This document shows, one piece after another, positions 19,635 to 28,685 of a stretch of DNA of 64,000 nt. The position numbers and the translations under genes are program-made. The DNA lies in IMG/VR virus record IMGVR_UViG_3300033121_002003, positions 1,764 through 65,763 of that record; one strand, written 5' to 3'. The notes under the pieces are model-generated. The model worked only from the letters and a program-made list of their open reading frames with translations, was not told where the DNA came from and did no database searches. Each line of letters starts with the position of its first letter. Position 1 is the first letter of the stretch. This stretch comes from a virus (lineage: Duplodnaviria; Caudoviricetes).

Positions 19635-20993
19635 ATGGGAAACCCGATTACACCTCCAGCACCTTCGGCTACCCCGGCTACGGCGGTTATGCATAACCTC
19701 CTAGCGGAATTCCAGCCTACAGCGGCGCCTTTGGTGCCTGCCACTCCAGCAGCTCCGGCGCCCGCGCCCGCCGCGCCCGCCGGGAATAGTGATATTCCTG
19801 GATTGCCGATTCCAGCCGTCCCGGCCACTCCGGTGGCCGCTCCTGCGGACCCGCCCCAACCAGTGGTAGAGTTTGATCTCACCGCGTTGGGGATTGCAGA
19901 AGAACCCCAGAGCGAAATCACCGAGGCGATTGATCCAACTTCTTCCAGGGGAAAGCAAATCTGGGCCGACCACAAATTCATGCGGGCTCTGGAATTGCCT
20001 CCGGATCAGGGCGGGATTGGTTACCGGCCTACCCTGGAACAGCTATCTAGCATGGCCCAGGATGCCAAGGCCATGAATACCCTTGTGCTGGATTTGCAGT
20101 CCCCTGAAAAGCAACACAACGTATCAGCGATTAATTGGCTGCTGCAGACGGCACCGACGGCTTTTTTGGATCTGGCAGGGAACCTCCCGCCGGATATGAT
20201 GAAAGTCGCCAAGCACCGGGTATTGACGAATGAGGTTCAAAATCTCCTGGCAGTGGCTCGCAAATTCCCCAACGACGAGCAGAACAAAGTTTACCGCCGG
20301 TATTGGTTTGATGTGGCGAATGGGTTGTATTATGTCCTGACAGGGGGGCAGTCTCTGGATCCTCAAGTGCTGGCGCAAGCGCCGCCACCGGATAAAACCG
20401 AATCCGAGCAGCTGCAGGAACGGGAGCAGCGCTTGGCCCAGCGGGAGAAGACCCTCAATCTCCAACGGTTTGAGGGGTGGAAATCTGAAGTAACTACCCG
20501 CCGGGAAAAGGCTATCAGGGACATGGTGGAGTTGGTGGTGAAGCCTGTACAGGCGTCCCCCTCCATGAAAGCCTTGGCGACCGATGCGATCGTAACCAGG
20601 ACGCTGGATCAACTTCGGCATCAAACCGCTTTGATGGATCAGGTGACGATTTTGCTGCGGCGGGCCGAAACCAACATGGCCAATGACGAGGCCATGAAAG
20701 CCGCGGCTGATCAGATTGTGGATTTGTATATCCGCGGGGCTTCCCCGATTATCCGCCGGCAAGTGGCGGAGTCGATCAAGAACACCGCAGCAACCGCGGC
20801 GTCGACGGCGGCAGCCGACGCGGCTAAGGCCAAACAAGCTTCATCCGGAGATCCGACTCCAGCAGGTTCTCCCACGGCCCCGGGAGGGGCGCCGCAAGCA
20901 GGCCAGGCAGGCGATAAGTTACGGCCACGAGAAAAAGGCGAGACGGACCAGAAATATATCCAGTCTGTTTTGGCCAACGTGTTACGGAGCTGA
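19635..20993 (+). CDS. putative capsid scaffolding protein
   Basis: Pro/Ala-rich N-terminus, coiled-coil body, between portal and MCP. Confidence 0.6.
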   Translation: MGNPITPPAPSATPATAVMHNLLAEFQPTAAPLVPATPAAPAPAPAAPAGNSDIPGLPIPAVPATPVAAPADPPQPVVEFDLTALGIAEEPQSEITEAIDPTSSRGKQIWADHKFMRALELPPDQGGIGYRPTLEQLSSMAQDAKAMNTLVLDLQSPEKQHNVSAINWLLQTAPTAFLDLAGNLPPDMMKVAKHRVLTNEVQNLLAVARKFPNDEQNKVYRRYWFDVANGLYYVLTGGQSLDPQVLAQAPPPDKTESEQLQEREQRLAQREKTLNLQRFEGWKSEVTTRREKAIRDMVELVVKPVQASPSMKALATDAIVTRTLDQLRHQTALMDQVTILLRRAETNMANDEAMKAAADQIVDLYIRGASPIIRRQVAESIKNTAATAASTAAADAAKAKQASSGDPTPAGSPTAPGGAPQAGQAGDKLRPREKGETDQKYIQSVLANVLRS

Positions 20994-21030
20994 TCAAATG
21001 CCAGGCCTAATTTTTTAGGAGGACCACACA

Positions 21031-22380
21031 ATGGTTAATGGAACCACAGTCGCGGCGGGAGATGTCCTGCAGGCGATGATTGAAAAAGTACGGCCGGTTT
21101 TGCAACAGCTGTACGAGGAAACCGATCGGTTGGCCAAGTTGATTGGCAAGGCCAATGTGGAGCAGATTTCTGACAAGCTCTACCGTATCCCCTTGCTGCT
21201 GTTTGCGGGTGGAACTTTCCAAAAGTTCGACGCCGACGGCGGGGTGGTCGGAACCGGCAGCGGTATGCTGGTGGACAAGATGACCGCGGGGTATATCTAT
21301 ACCTCGTATGGAATCAGCATCACGCGCCGGACCAAGGACACCACTTCCAGCCCGGGCCAGTCGGTGGTGAATGCGTTTGAATTCCAGCTCAGCAAGTCCA
21401 TGGTGGAATTGGGTTGCTGGGATGACGTGGTTCTCCATACCGCCGGGGATGGAGTGTTGACCAATGCTGCGTCGGCCACCGGTAGCTGGGCGTCGGGCAC
21501 CACCTATACCTTTGCGGGTGGCAGTGATTACCTGGGAATCAACCGGCTGCGTGAAGGTATGGCTGTGCACGTGTATGACACGGGCTTGGCCAACAACCGC
21601 CAGAACGGCACCACCGCCAACTACCCCTTCATCATTCACCACATTGATTTCTCCAGCAAGATTGTGTATCTGCTGGGGACGGTTACCGGCGCCGCTAGCA
21701 CCGACCGCTTTGCCATCCCGGGCATGTTTGCTCAGGGCGGCGCGGGCGCCCCGGTATATGGCCAGTCCACCTGGCCCCTGTCGGGAGACACCTTCCGCCA
21801 TGGGATTTATTACGCCAATGAGACCAATTCCAGCCTTTATTACCTGGGCGTGCAGCGCTCCAATATCCCCCAGCTGATGCCGAGCTATCGCTCTGTCAGC
21901 GGGACCATCTCCCACAACGATATTCTCCTGATCCAGGACCAGATGCGCCAGAAGCGCGATGAGTCTGTGTTTGAGGGCATGATCGGCGTGGCGCACATGG
22001 CGCAGCGGGCTCAGATCTTTGCGATTGGTATCACCATCTCGGAATGGCACCGCGGTCCCAAGGACGAGATGATCGATATCATGCCGGCCAACACGGGGCT
22101 GGAGCGGGTTTTCCAGGCAGGGGGTATTACCCATTACCTGTCCAAGCGGCAATACAAAGACCGGATTGATTACATCAATCCCAAACTGTGGGGCCGCGCC
22201 CAGCTGTTCGATGCCCGGCCTTATGAGGTGGGGGGAAGGACAGTGTTTGAGGGCAGGAATTCCAGCGGCCAGCTGGTTGCCAGCGAGCACATGTTTATTG
22301 AACAGGCGTTTGACAATGTGTGCTTTGACCCTGGCGCCCAGGCGGTTCTGACTGGTTTGTCTGTTCCCACTGGATATTGA
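21031..22380 (+). CDS. major capsid protein
   Basis: 449 aa, AGGAGG RBS, C-rich third codon positions, position after scaffold, followed by a strong terminator. Confidence 0.75.
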   Translation: MVNGTTVAAGDVLQAMIEKVRPVLQQLYEETDRLAKLIGKANVEQISDKLYRIPLLLFAGGTFQKFDADGGVVGTGSGMLVDKMTAGYIYTSYGISITRRTKDTTSSPGQSVVNAFEFQLSKSMVELGCWDDVVLHTAGDGVLTNAASATGSWASGTTYTFAGGSDYLGINRLREGMAVHVYDTGLANNRQNGTTANYPFIIHHIDFSSKIVYLLGTVTGAASTDRFAIPGMFAQGGAGAPVYGQSTWPLSGDTFRHGIYYANETNSSLYYLGVQRSNIPQLMPSYRSVSGTISHNDILLIQDQMRQKRDESVFEGMIGVAHMAQRAQIFAIGITISEWHRGPKDEMIDIMPANTGLERVFQAGGITHYLSKRQYKDRIDYINPKLWGRAQLFDARPYEVGGRTVFEGRNSSGQLVASEHMFIEQAFDNVCFDPGAQAVLTGLSVPTGY

Positions 22381-22428
22381 TCAGCAGGCGGGAAGTTAGT
22401 AAGTTGCTGTTCGATGATCAAGGCCATT

Positions 22429-22466
22429 GGGCAAGGCGGATTTCGGTTCGCCTTGCCCGATTTTTT
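22429..22466 (+). terminator. rho-independent terminator after capsid gene
   Basis: GGGCAAGGCG(22429-38)...CGCCTTGCCC(22449-58) then gaTTTTTT. Confidence 0.85.
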
Positions 22467-22489
22467 AAGGAAAGGGTTGGGATTGGGGT

Positions 22490-23260
22490 ATGAAGCTTGG
22501 ATGGAGGAAACGGGTTGAGGGACAAAATAAACTCCTGGCTGAGGAGCTGGGGAGATCCTGGACTGGGGCGGGGAGATATAAATGGGTCTGGTCGGAGGAC
22601 GGGGAGTTTTTTAGATCCAAGCTGGTGGTTTACAAAGACCCTGGGGGGAAGCTGGATCCGGCGTATAAGGTGATTGAAGCAGACCCGGCCAATGGGAGAA
22701 TCCTGGCTAAGGTGGTGCCGGAATACACCCGGGAGAAGTTGTTGCCCAAGATCTCCAATTGTTATGTGATGTGCAGGTGGATGGATAACGGGGGGTTTGA
22801 GGAGTTCAAGGCCAGGTTTGGGGATCGGCTGGAATGGCCTGGGGAGGGGAGTTACTTTCCAGTGGAGCACAGCCAGGGAGTGGTGCAGTTGTTTCCAAAC
22901 CAGGAACCAAATAAGGATGATACCTGGGAGTTTATTAGAATCCTCCGCAAAGACACCCAGTTGGGGATGGAAGGGATCCTGGCCCAGATCGAGCAGGGAG
23001 AAAAGGCGGCCGAGAAGGCGGCGTTGTTGAAAAACATGGGAAGGATTGATAATGTCCTGCCGGCATATGATCACATTCCAGGGAAAAGAGGATCGGGTGG
23101 GATCTGGGCGAGGGGCGGGGAGAAGGAATTTGGGGATATGGCCAAAGAATTTGGTACCGGGGGTGGGGCATTGTTTACCCAAGGCGCCCCTGGGGATACC
23201 ATCATGGCAGAAACCATGCCAAAGCCTCCGCGATCCAGTCAGGTGATGGATCAGGTTTAG
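22490..23260 (+). CDS. hypothetical protein
   Basis: 256-aa ORF in structural operon. Confidence 0.6.
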   Translation: MKLGWRKRVEGQNKLLAEELGRSWTGAGRYKWVWSEDGEFFRSKLVVYKDPGGKLDPAYKVIEADPANGRILAKVVPEYTREKLLPKISNCYVMCRWMDNGGFEEFKARFGDRLEWPGEGSYFPVEHSQGVVQLFPNQEPNKDDTWEFIRILRKDTQLGMEGILAQIEQGEKAAEKAALLKNMGRIDNVLPAYDHIPGKRGSGGIWARGGEKEFGDMAKEFGTGGGALFTQGAPGDTIMAETMPKPPRSSQVMDQV

Positions 23261-23296
23261 TTAGTTAATCAACGGAAAGGATAATCAGTAACCAAG

Positions 23297-24292
23297 ATGG
23301 GACCGCATAATCCAGCAGCAGACCCGAATACATATGGAGGCCAGCCTCTTAATCTAGGCAATCTCCAGCATGAGGAACAAAACCCCAAGCCCGGGCCCGT
23401 GCCTTCGCATTTTCTCAACGCCCACACCAAGGCCCAGACGGCCATGATTGTGAGCGTGTTTCCGGTGTTCCGGTATCGCCAGCTGCCCCTGGTAGGGCAG
23501 TTGTTGCTGTTGCTTCCGCCGGCTAAGCGGGATCAGATCAGGCTCCGCAAGATGCGTCCGGAGGTCATGGCCAACGCCGTGCAGTCCCCTGAATATGCCA
23601 ATCTCCTACCGTGGACGGATGAGCCCGCCCAGTCCGTAACCCGCGGCCAGGGGTATTCAGCTTTGGTCATTACTGATTCTTTCCAGTGGATTCTGGACAT
23701 CACCGAGACCAAGAAGCACAGTTATGTTCCCGCGCCGATCCCTGCCCGGCAAATTGCCGAGGCTACAGTGGCAGAGTGGACGTCGGGATTGGCGTCCGGC
23801 GCCGGCCGGGCAGGGATTGGGGTTTGGAATCCCCATGATGGGTTTGAGCTGAACCAGTTTGTGGCCCAGCTTCGCGCCGGCCAGGAGATCTACTTCCGGG
23901 AGCTGGTGATGGCTGCGGATATCTCATTTGCCCGCACCGGCCAGAAAGAAATCTCCGACCTGATGCGGATGGCTGCGGAGTGGCTGGGAGTGGATAGGGA
24001 ATGGAACAAGGCAATTGAGGAAGTGATCCAAAAACGCTGCCCGGCCTGCACTACCAAAATCCCCCAGGAGTCCTTGCGCTGTCAGCGGTGCCAGACCGAT
24101 CTGCCGCTGTGGTACCAGCAATATAAATTCCCCGCGCCGGAGATCTTTGCTATGGACCCGCATGTGGGAAGATTTATGCAGGACCGTGGTATGATCGTGC
24201 CAGTGGAGATCGAGGCCAAGGGACCAGCCGCGGCGGGTAAAGCCGCCCCCAGCGCGGCGCCCGGTCAGGATCCCCCTACAAAGAAGGGATAA
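23297..24292 (+). CDS. hypothetical protein with C-terminal double zinc-ribbon-like motif
   Basis: CPACTTKIPQESLRCQRCQT. Confidence 0.6.
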   Translation: MGPHNPAADPNTYGGQPLNLGNLQHEEQNPKPGPVPSHFLNAHTKAQTAMIVSVFPVFRYRQLPLVGQLLLLLPPAKRDQIRLRKMRPEVMANAVQSPEYANLLPWTDEPAQSVTRGQGYSALVITDSFQWILDITETKKHSYVPAPIPARQIAEATVAEWTSGLASGAGRAGIGVWNPHDGFELNQFVAQLRAGQEIYFRELVMAADISFARTGQKEISDLMRMAAEWLGVDREWNKAIEEVIQKRCPACTTKIPQESLRCQRCQTDLPLWYQQYKFPAPEIFAMDPHVGRFMQDRGMIVPVEIEAKGPAAAGKAAPSAAPGQDPPTKKG

Positions 24293-24298
24293 GGCCAG

Positions 24299-25303
24299 AT
24301 GGCTCAGGACCCAACCATTGCCCAGGTTTGTGATCGCGTCCGCTCCCACCTGGGGGATACCCAGGTGGTGGGTGGGGAGACCTATACCAACACTTTATTG
24401 TTGGAGCATGTCAAAGCCTCCATTGAGGGCATGCAGGCCGGGTTGGGCATGGCCGAGGCCATTCGCCAGCGGCGGGTTGGGTTTATCCCCATCATGGGAG
24501 GGTATGTCAGTCAATTCAATCCCAGGCTGTGGCTGCCGGATTTGGATAGGGTTTTGGAGATCTACCACCGGCCGCTGATTTCCAGGACCCAAATTACCGC
24601 GGCGGTATTTTCGGGAGGCCCACCCCCTACCTCATTGGGTATTACCTGTGGAGCTGCTCACGGCCGGACAAGTAACGATCAGGTAGAAATCACTGGGTTG
24701 TATCCCAATGCCTCAGCTGCCCGAGGGATGAATTCCTCATTTAGAGCAGTTGTGACCGGGGCCAATACCCTGTCTGTGATTGGGGATTTCCAGGGCGGGG
24801 CCATTATCGCCGGTGGGGATAGCTGGTTGCTGTGGGGCGGGACGGAAGGCTGGCACAAATTCAACCGCAAGGATGATTTGTTGAATCCACAAGGCACCCC
24901 TGGGATTCCTATCTGGGCCGAGCAGGGGAATGGGATTTGGATATCGCCTCCCAACTCTGCTACTGAATTGAGATTGCTTTATGAGTTTGGGGACCCCACC
25001 AATAACATGGTGGCGTCGGATTATGTTGGCTATCCCGGGAGTCTGGAGTTCCTGGGATTGTGGACCGCCTACATGGCAGGGTCCAGCAAGGGCGCCCAGG
25101 GTGGGTTGCTGACTGAATTACGGACCAGCGCGATCGGCGCACCGGTGGGAGGAATTGTCCCCACTGTCCACCGTCCTACAGGTGGGGCCCTTCATGCCAT
25201 GATCGTGGAGGAAACAAAGCGCCAGCAGCGCACCCCCAAAGTCCGGCCCCCGTACAGAAATTACCGCCGGCCGATCGGGCCGTTGGGATACAATTCGTAT
25301 TAG
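24299..25303 (+). CDS. putative head-tail adaptor with inserted FCCH-like module
   Basis: Helical N-terminus (IAQVCDRVRSHLGD); internal ITCGAAHGRTSNDQVEITG motif; position before nozzle-like gene. Confidence 0.5.
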   Translation: MAQDPTIAQVCDRVRSHLGDTQVVGGETYTNTLLLEHVKASIEGMQAGLGMAEAIRQRRVGFIPIMGGYVSQFNPRLWLPDLDRVLEIYHRPLISRTQITAAVFSGGPPPTSLGITCGAAHGRTSNDQVEITGLYPNASAARGMNSSFRAVVTGANTLSVIGDFQGGAIIAGGDSWLLWGGTEGWHKFNRKDDLLNPQGTPGIPIWAEQGNGIWISPPNSATELRLLYEFGDPTNNMVASDYVGYPGSLEFLGLWTAYMAGSSKGAQGGLLTELRTSAIGAPVGGIVPTVHRPTGGALHAMIVEETKRQQRTPKVRPPYRNYRRPIGPLGYNSY

Positions 25304-25321
25304 GAGAGGAGAATAGAAAAG

Positions 25322-25771
25322 ATGAATATTCCTACTCAGTTAATTCAGGCCATGGTGGATAAGGGCTTTACCAATTTCAACTACCACGGCAATATGATGG
25401 CGGTAACCAAGAAAGGTCTGGTTGCTGCTGATTTGACCACCACCGGCTATGTCCTGATCGGGGACATGCTGGCCAATTTTGGCATTGTGCCGGTTGGGTT
25501 CATGTTTGTGGTCAACTCGGCGGCCATCACCGGGCTGACAACCTTGCGGCTGTCGACCAGCGATGCCACCCCGGTGGACATTGCTACTTTGGCGGTGGCG
25601 GATCTGACCTCCGGATCAAAACATGTGGCAGCTACCGCCAACGTTACCTTGGGAGCTGGGTTTTTGGCCCCGGGCAACCCTGGCAAGGGACTGGTGGTGA
25701 GACGGGTGGGATCGGCCGCCGCCGGGGCGTTTACCCTGGATGTGGTGGTTTTCTTTACCCTTAAAGGCTAA
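25322..25771 (+). CDS. hypothetical virion (decoration-like) protein
   Basis: Small beta-rich Ala/Val/Thr protein in structural operon. Confidence 0.5.
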   Translation: MNIPTQLIQAMVDKGFTNFNYHGNMMAVTKKGLVAADLTTTGYVLIGDMLANFGIVPVGFMFVVNSAAITGLTTLRLSTSDATPVDIATLAVADLTSGSKHVAATANVTLGAGFLAPGNPGKGLVVRRVGSAAAGAFTLDVVVFFTLKG

Positions 25772-25789
25772 GCCGGAAAGGATCCAGCA

Positions 25790-26008
25790 ATGAATTTTGG
25801 ACAAGCAATTGAGGCTTTGAAAGCCGGGCATAAAGTCGCTCGTGCGGGCTGGAATGGGAAAAACATGTGGCTGGCGTTACAGCGGCCAGATACCAATTCC
25901 AAAATGACACTGCCCTACATCTATATGTTTACGGCCCAGGGGGATCTGGTTCCCTGGTTGGCCAGCCAAACGGATGTACTGGCGGAGGACTGGTCGATTC
26001 TGCCCTAA
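25790..26008 (+). CDS. tad2: DUF2829 / Tad2-like anti-Thoeris sponge protein
   Basis: [27 protein letters not shown]...[14 protein letters not shown], the DUF2829 signature. Confidence 0.8.
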   Translation: MNFGQAIEALKAGHKVARAGWNGKNMWLALQRPDTNSKMTLPYIYMFTAQGDLVPWLASQTDVLAEDWSILP

Positions 26009-26026
26009 GGAAAGGACTCCCCTTCG

Positions 26027-28015
26027 GTGTCTATTCTTCAATCCTACCCCAAGAGGTCTGTGAAGGACTTCTATGGGGTCAATTCTCGAGCGGAGGCCTC
26101 CAATGTGGGGCCTCCGTTTGGCTTGGTGGCTAGGAATGTGGAATACCTGCCCCAGACTGTAAAAACCCGGAAGGGCGTTTACCAGGAAGGCACCGCCCTG
26201 ACCCTTACCAGCATTGGGCAACTGCATGCCTGGTTTAGGGCGGATAATGGCAAGACGCAACTGGCCTGGATGGGAGTGAACGGGTCGGGAAATGGGGAGA
26301 TTCGGACCATGGCTTACGACGGCGGGAGCTCCGCACTGGTCCGGACCATTGCCTTCAGTGCCGGATATGCCACCCTGAGGGAATATGGGAATTTGCTGTT
26401 TTACTCCTTCATGGATAATTCCTTCACAGCGTTTGATGGGTTTTGGTATTATGATTATGCCTCCGCAACCAGTTACATAGGGGCCCGGGCTCCCCTATCC
26501 ACCGCGGAATTCACCATGGGCTTTGCCAACACCGCGGTCACGAGTGGGATGTCGGCTGGGCAGCATTTGTATCAGGTGGTGTTTATTACCCGATCGGGAT
26601 ACCTAACCCGATCCAGTCCGGTTACCCCATCCGGATCGCCGCCACAGGCTGCCCCGCAAGCGCATACCAATGCGGCCAATGACAAGGTGGTGGTTACTTT
26701 AACTCCCACCGGCAACTGGCCCAATGATATTGTGGGGGCTTATTTATTGGTTACCACAGCATCCAATCAATCCCGGTTGATGTGGGCGCCCTTGGCATCG
26801 GTGACCATTACCCCAGGCGGGGCTGGGGCGGTTTCTTTCTCTGCCCTACAGGTATCGGATGGGATCATTGCTCAACAGCGGGATGCCTTGGATCAGGAGG
26901 GGCTGCTGACTTCAGTTGGGGTCGCTCCTCCGTTTTACCCCAGATTTATTTTTTCTATGGGCGCTCGTATGGCTTACTGTATGGGCACCTCTAACAATGC
27001 CAATTTAGGCGGCCCAGGGGTGATGTTTTCTGACATCTCAAAGCCGGAGTCATTTGCTCTGGACAGGAATTACCGGTTTTTGCTGGGCAAGCAGGAACCG
27101 GTTTGTGGGTTTTATCACCAAGGGGTGGCTTATATCCTTGGCCACAACTTCACCCAGGCGTTTACTGATACTGGGGGATATCCAGCAACCTGGCCCAACC
27201 CACGGCAGGTATCTGGAAAGATCGGCACTTCCCACATCAACGGGGTGTATGTGGATCCGTCTGGGATTGGGTTGGTGGCTCATCAATCCGGGTTGTATGT
27301 GTTTTCCAACGGGGCGTATTCCGAGCTACCCATATCCTATTACCAAAAGGATGAATGGGAGAGGATCTTGTGGCCTCAGCCCGGCGGGGCGGTGCAGCCC
27401 TTCCAGATTGCGGAAGACCGGGCCAACCAGAAGATATTTGTATTGTGCAACACAACCCTGGGGTTGCGGGTGTATACCTGGGACTATTCCGCCGGCCTGA
27501 CCCCAGCCAAGGTCAAGTTTTCTGAGTGGGAATTCGGGGCTACCTTATCTCCTCGGGGATTGGTGGTGGCGGAGAACTTCGGGGATTCTGTTTCAACCTT
27601 GGTCCGGAATCAGTTATGGCTGGCCCCCAATGACGGCACGGGGATGTTTCGGTATAAACCCTCAACCCATGCCTCTCCCTACACCGATTCGGGAGCAAGG
27701 ATTGATTCCCGGTACCGGGGTCCCTTCATGCCGGATATCAACACTGAGTTTCTGATCAACAACCATCCAGGGGTGGAAGTGCGAGCCTTGGGTAATGGCA
27801 ACCTCAATGGCATTGCCTATGGGTACGATGATATCCGGACCCAGAACCTGGCCCCGATCGCTTTATCTGCCACGCCTGGGGTTATCTATACCCGCCTGAT
27901 GGATATCCGCAATGAGCGGGCCTCGATTGAGTGGCGGAATGGAAACAGCTCCGGGAATTGGTTCCAGCTATCCGGTTGGGATCAATATTACAGTGGGGCC
28001 ACCAAGCTCAGATAA
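26027..28015 (+). CDS. tail nozzle/stabilisation protein (P22 gp10 / tubular protein B-like)
   Basis: 662 aa beta-propeller-like; DFYGVNSR...ARNVEY N-terminal motif; position between adaptor and ejection-type genes. Confidence 0.6.
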   Translation: MSILQSYPKRSVKDFYGVNSRAEASNVGPPFGLVARNVEYLPQTVKTRKGVYQEGTALTLTSIGQLHAWFRADNGKTQLAWMGVNGSGNGEIRTMAYDGGSSALVRTIAFSAGYATLREYGNLLFYSFMDNSFTAFDGFWYYDYASATSYIGARAPLSTAEFTMGFANTAVTSGMSAGQHLYQVVFITRSGYLTRSSPVTPSGSPPQAAPQAHTNAANDKVVVTLTPTGNWPNDIVGAYLLVTTASNQSRLMWAPLASVTITPGGAGAVSFSALQVSDGIIAQQRDALDQEGLLTSVGVAPPFYPRFIFSMGARMAYCMGTSNNANLGGPGVMFSDISKPESFALDRNYRFLLGKQEPVCGFYHQGVAYILGHNFTQAFTDTGGYPATWPNPRQVSGKIGTSHINGVYVDPSGIGLVAHQSGLYVFSNGAYSELPISYYQKDEWERILWPQPGGAVQPFQIAEDRANQKIFVLCNTTLGLRVYTWDYSAGLTPAKVKFSEWEFGATLSPRGLVVAENFGDSVSTLVRNQLWLAPNDGTGMFRYKPSTHASPYTDSGARIDSRYRGPFMPDINTEFLINNHPGVEVRALGNGNLNGIAYGYDDIRTQNLAPIALSATPGVIYTRLMDIRNERASIEWRNGNSSGNWFQLSGWDQYYSGATKLR

Positions 28016-28020
28016 ATCCA

Positions 28021-28647
28021 ATGCCTATCCAGTTACAGATCGGGCCGATTATTGGCAGCCTAGCTCCGGCCTCGGTGGGGGTGGAAACCCTTCTACAGCA
28101 TTTACGGGGACGGGGAACCCGAGAAGCCCAGGCCTTGGCGGATGCCTTGTATGAATTGCAGATGGGCATTGCTACCTTGGAGGCCATACTGAGAGAAGTT
28201 GTGCCCATAGAGGGTGATGGGATTCTGCTGCTGAACGAGCGGGGCGAGTTGACTGATACCCTAGAGCGGGGGCGGTTGCATATCCAGGACCCGGCTGGAG
28301 GCGGCGCCCAGGTGGATATCCTGGCGGATGGCACCCCCGCCGCGGTTGTGCAAGGACAGGTAGGGAATGGGATTGGGATGATCCTGGTCAACAACACCGG
28401 GGCGATGTTGATTTTGACAGACAATGCTGGGGGGACTCAGGCTGAGCTAGATGGCACCACTGCCCAATTGAGGATCGGGGGCCAGCAGGTGGTGGGGACT
28501 CGGAAAGCCGCGGTGTCGACCGTCACCCAAACCGCAGGGGCCACCTACACCGCCACTGAGCAGGCAATGTTGAACGCCATCAAGGCCAGCCTGAATGATC
28601 TGATCAATAAGCTATCTGCGGGTACAGGCCATGGATTGTTGGGATAG
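28021..28647 (+). CDS. tail-associated hypothetical protein
   Basis: Start likely ATG 28021; C-terminal QVVGTRKAAV...LNDLINKL..HGLLG seen at ends of fibre-type proteins. Confidence 0.5.
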   Translation: MPIQLQIGPIIGSLAPASVGVETLLQHLRGRGTREAQALADALYELQMGIATLEAILREVVPIEGDGILLLNERGELTDTLERGRLHIQDPAGGGAQVDILADGTPAAVVQGQVGNGIGMILVNNTGAMLILTDNAGGTQAELDGTTAQLRIGGQQVVGTRKAAVSTVTQTAGATYTATEQAMLNAIKASLNDLINKLSAGTGHGLLG

Positions 28648-28685
28648 AATGGGATAGGTTTAGGGAACCGGAAGGAGATCTCGAG

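Noticed and set aside
21007-22290. 427-aa antisense ORF over the capsid gene, and similar long antisense ORFs (57966-59156, 54106-55134, 55310-56101)
   Set aside because: Shadow frames caused by GC-rich biased codon usage; no motifs or RBS
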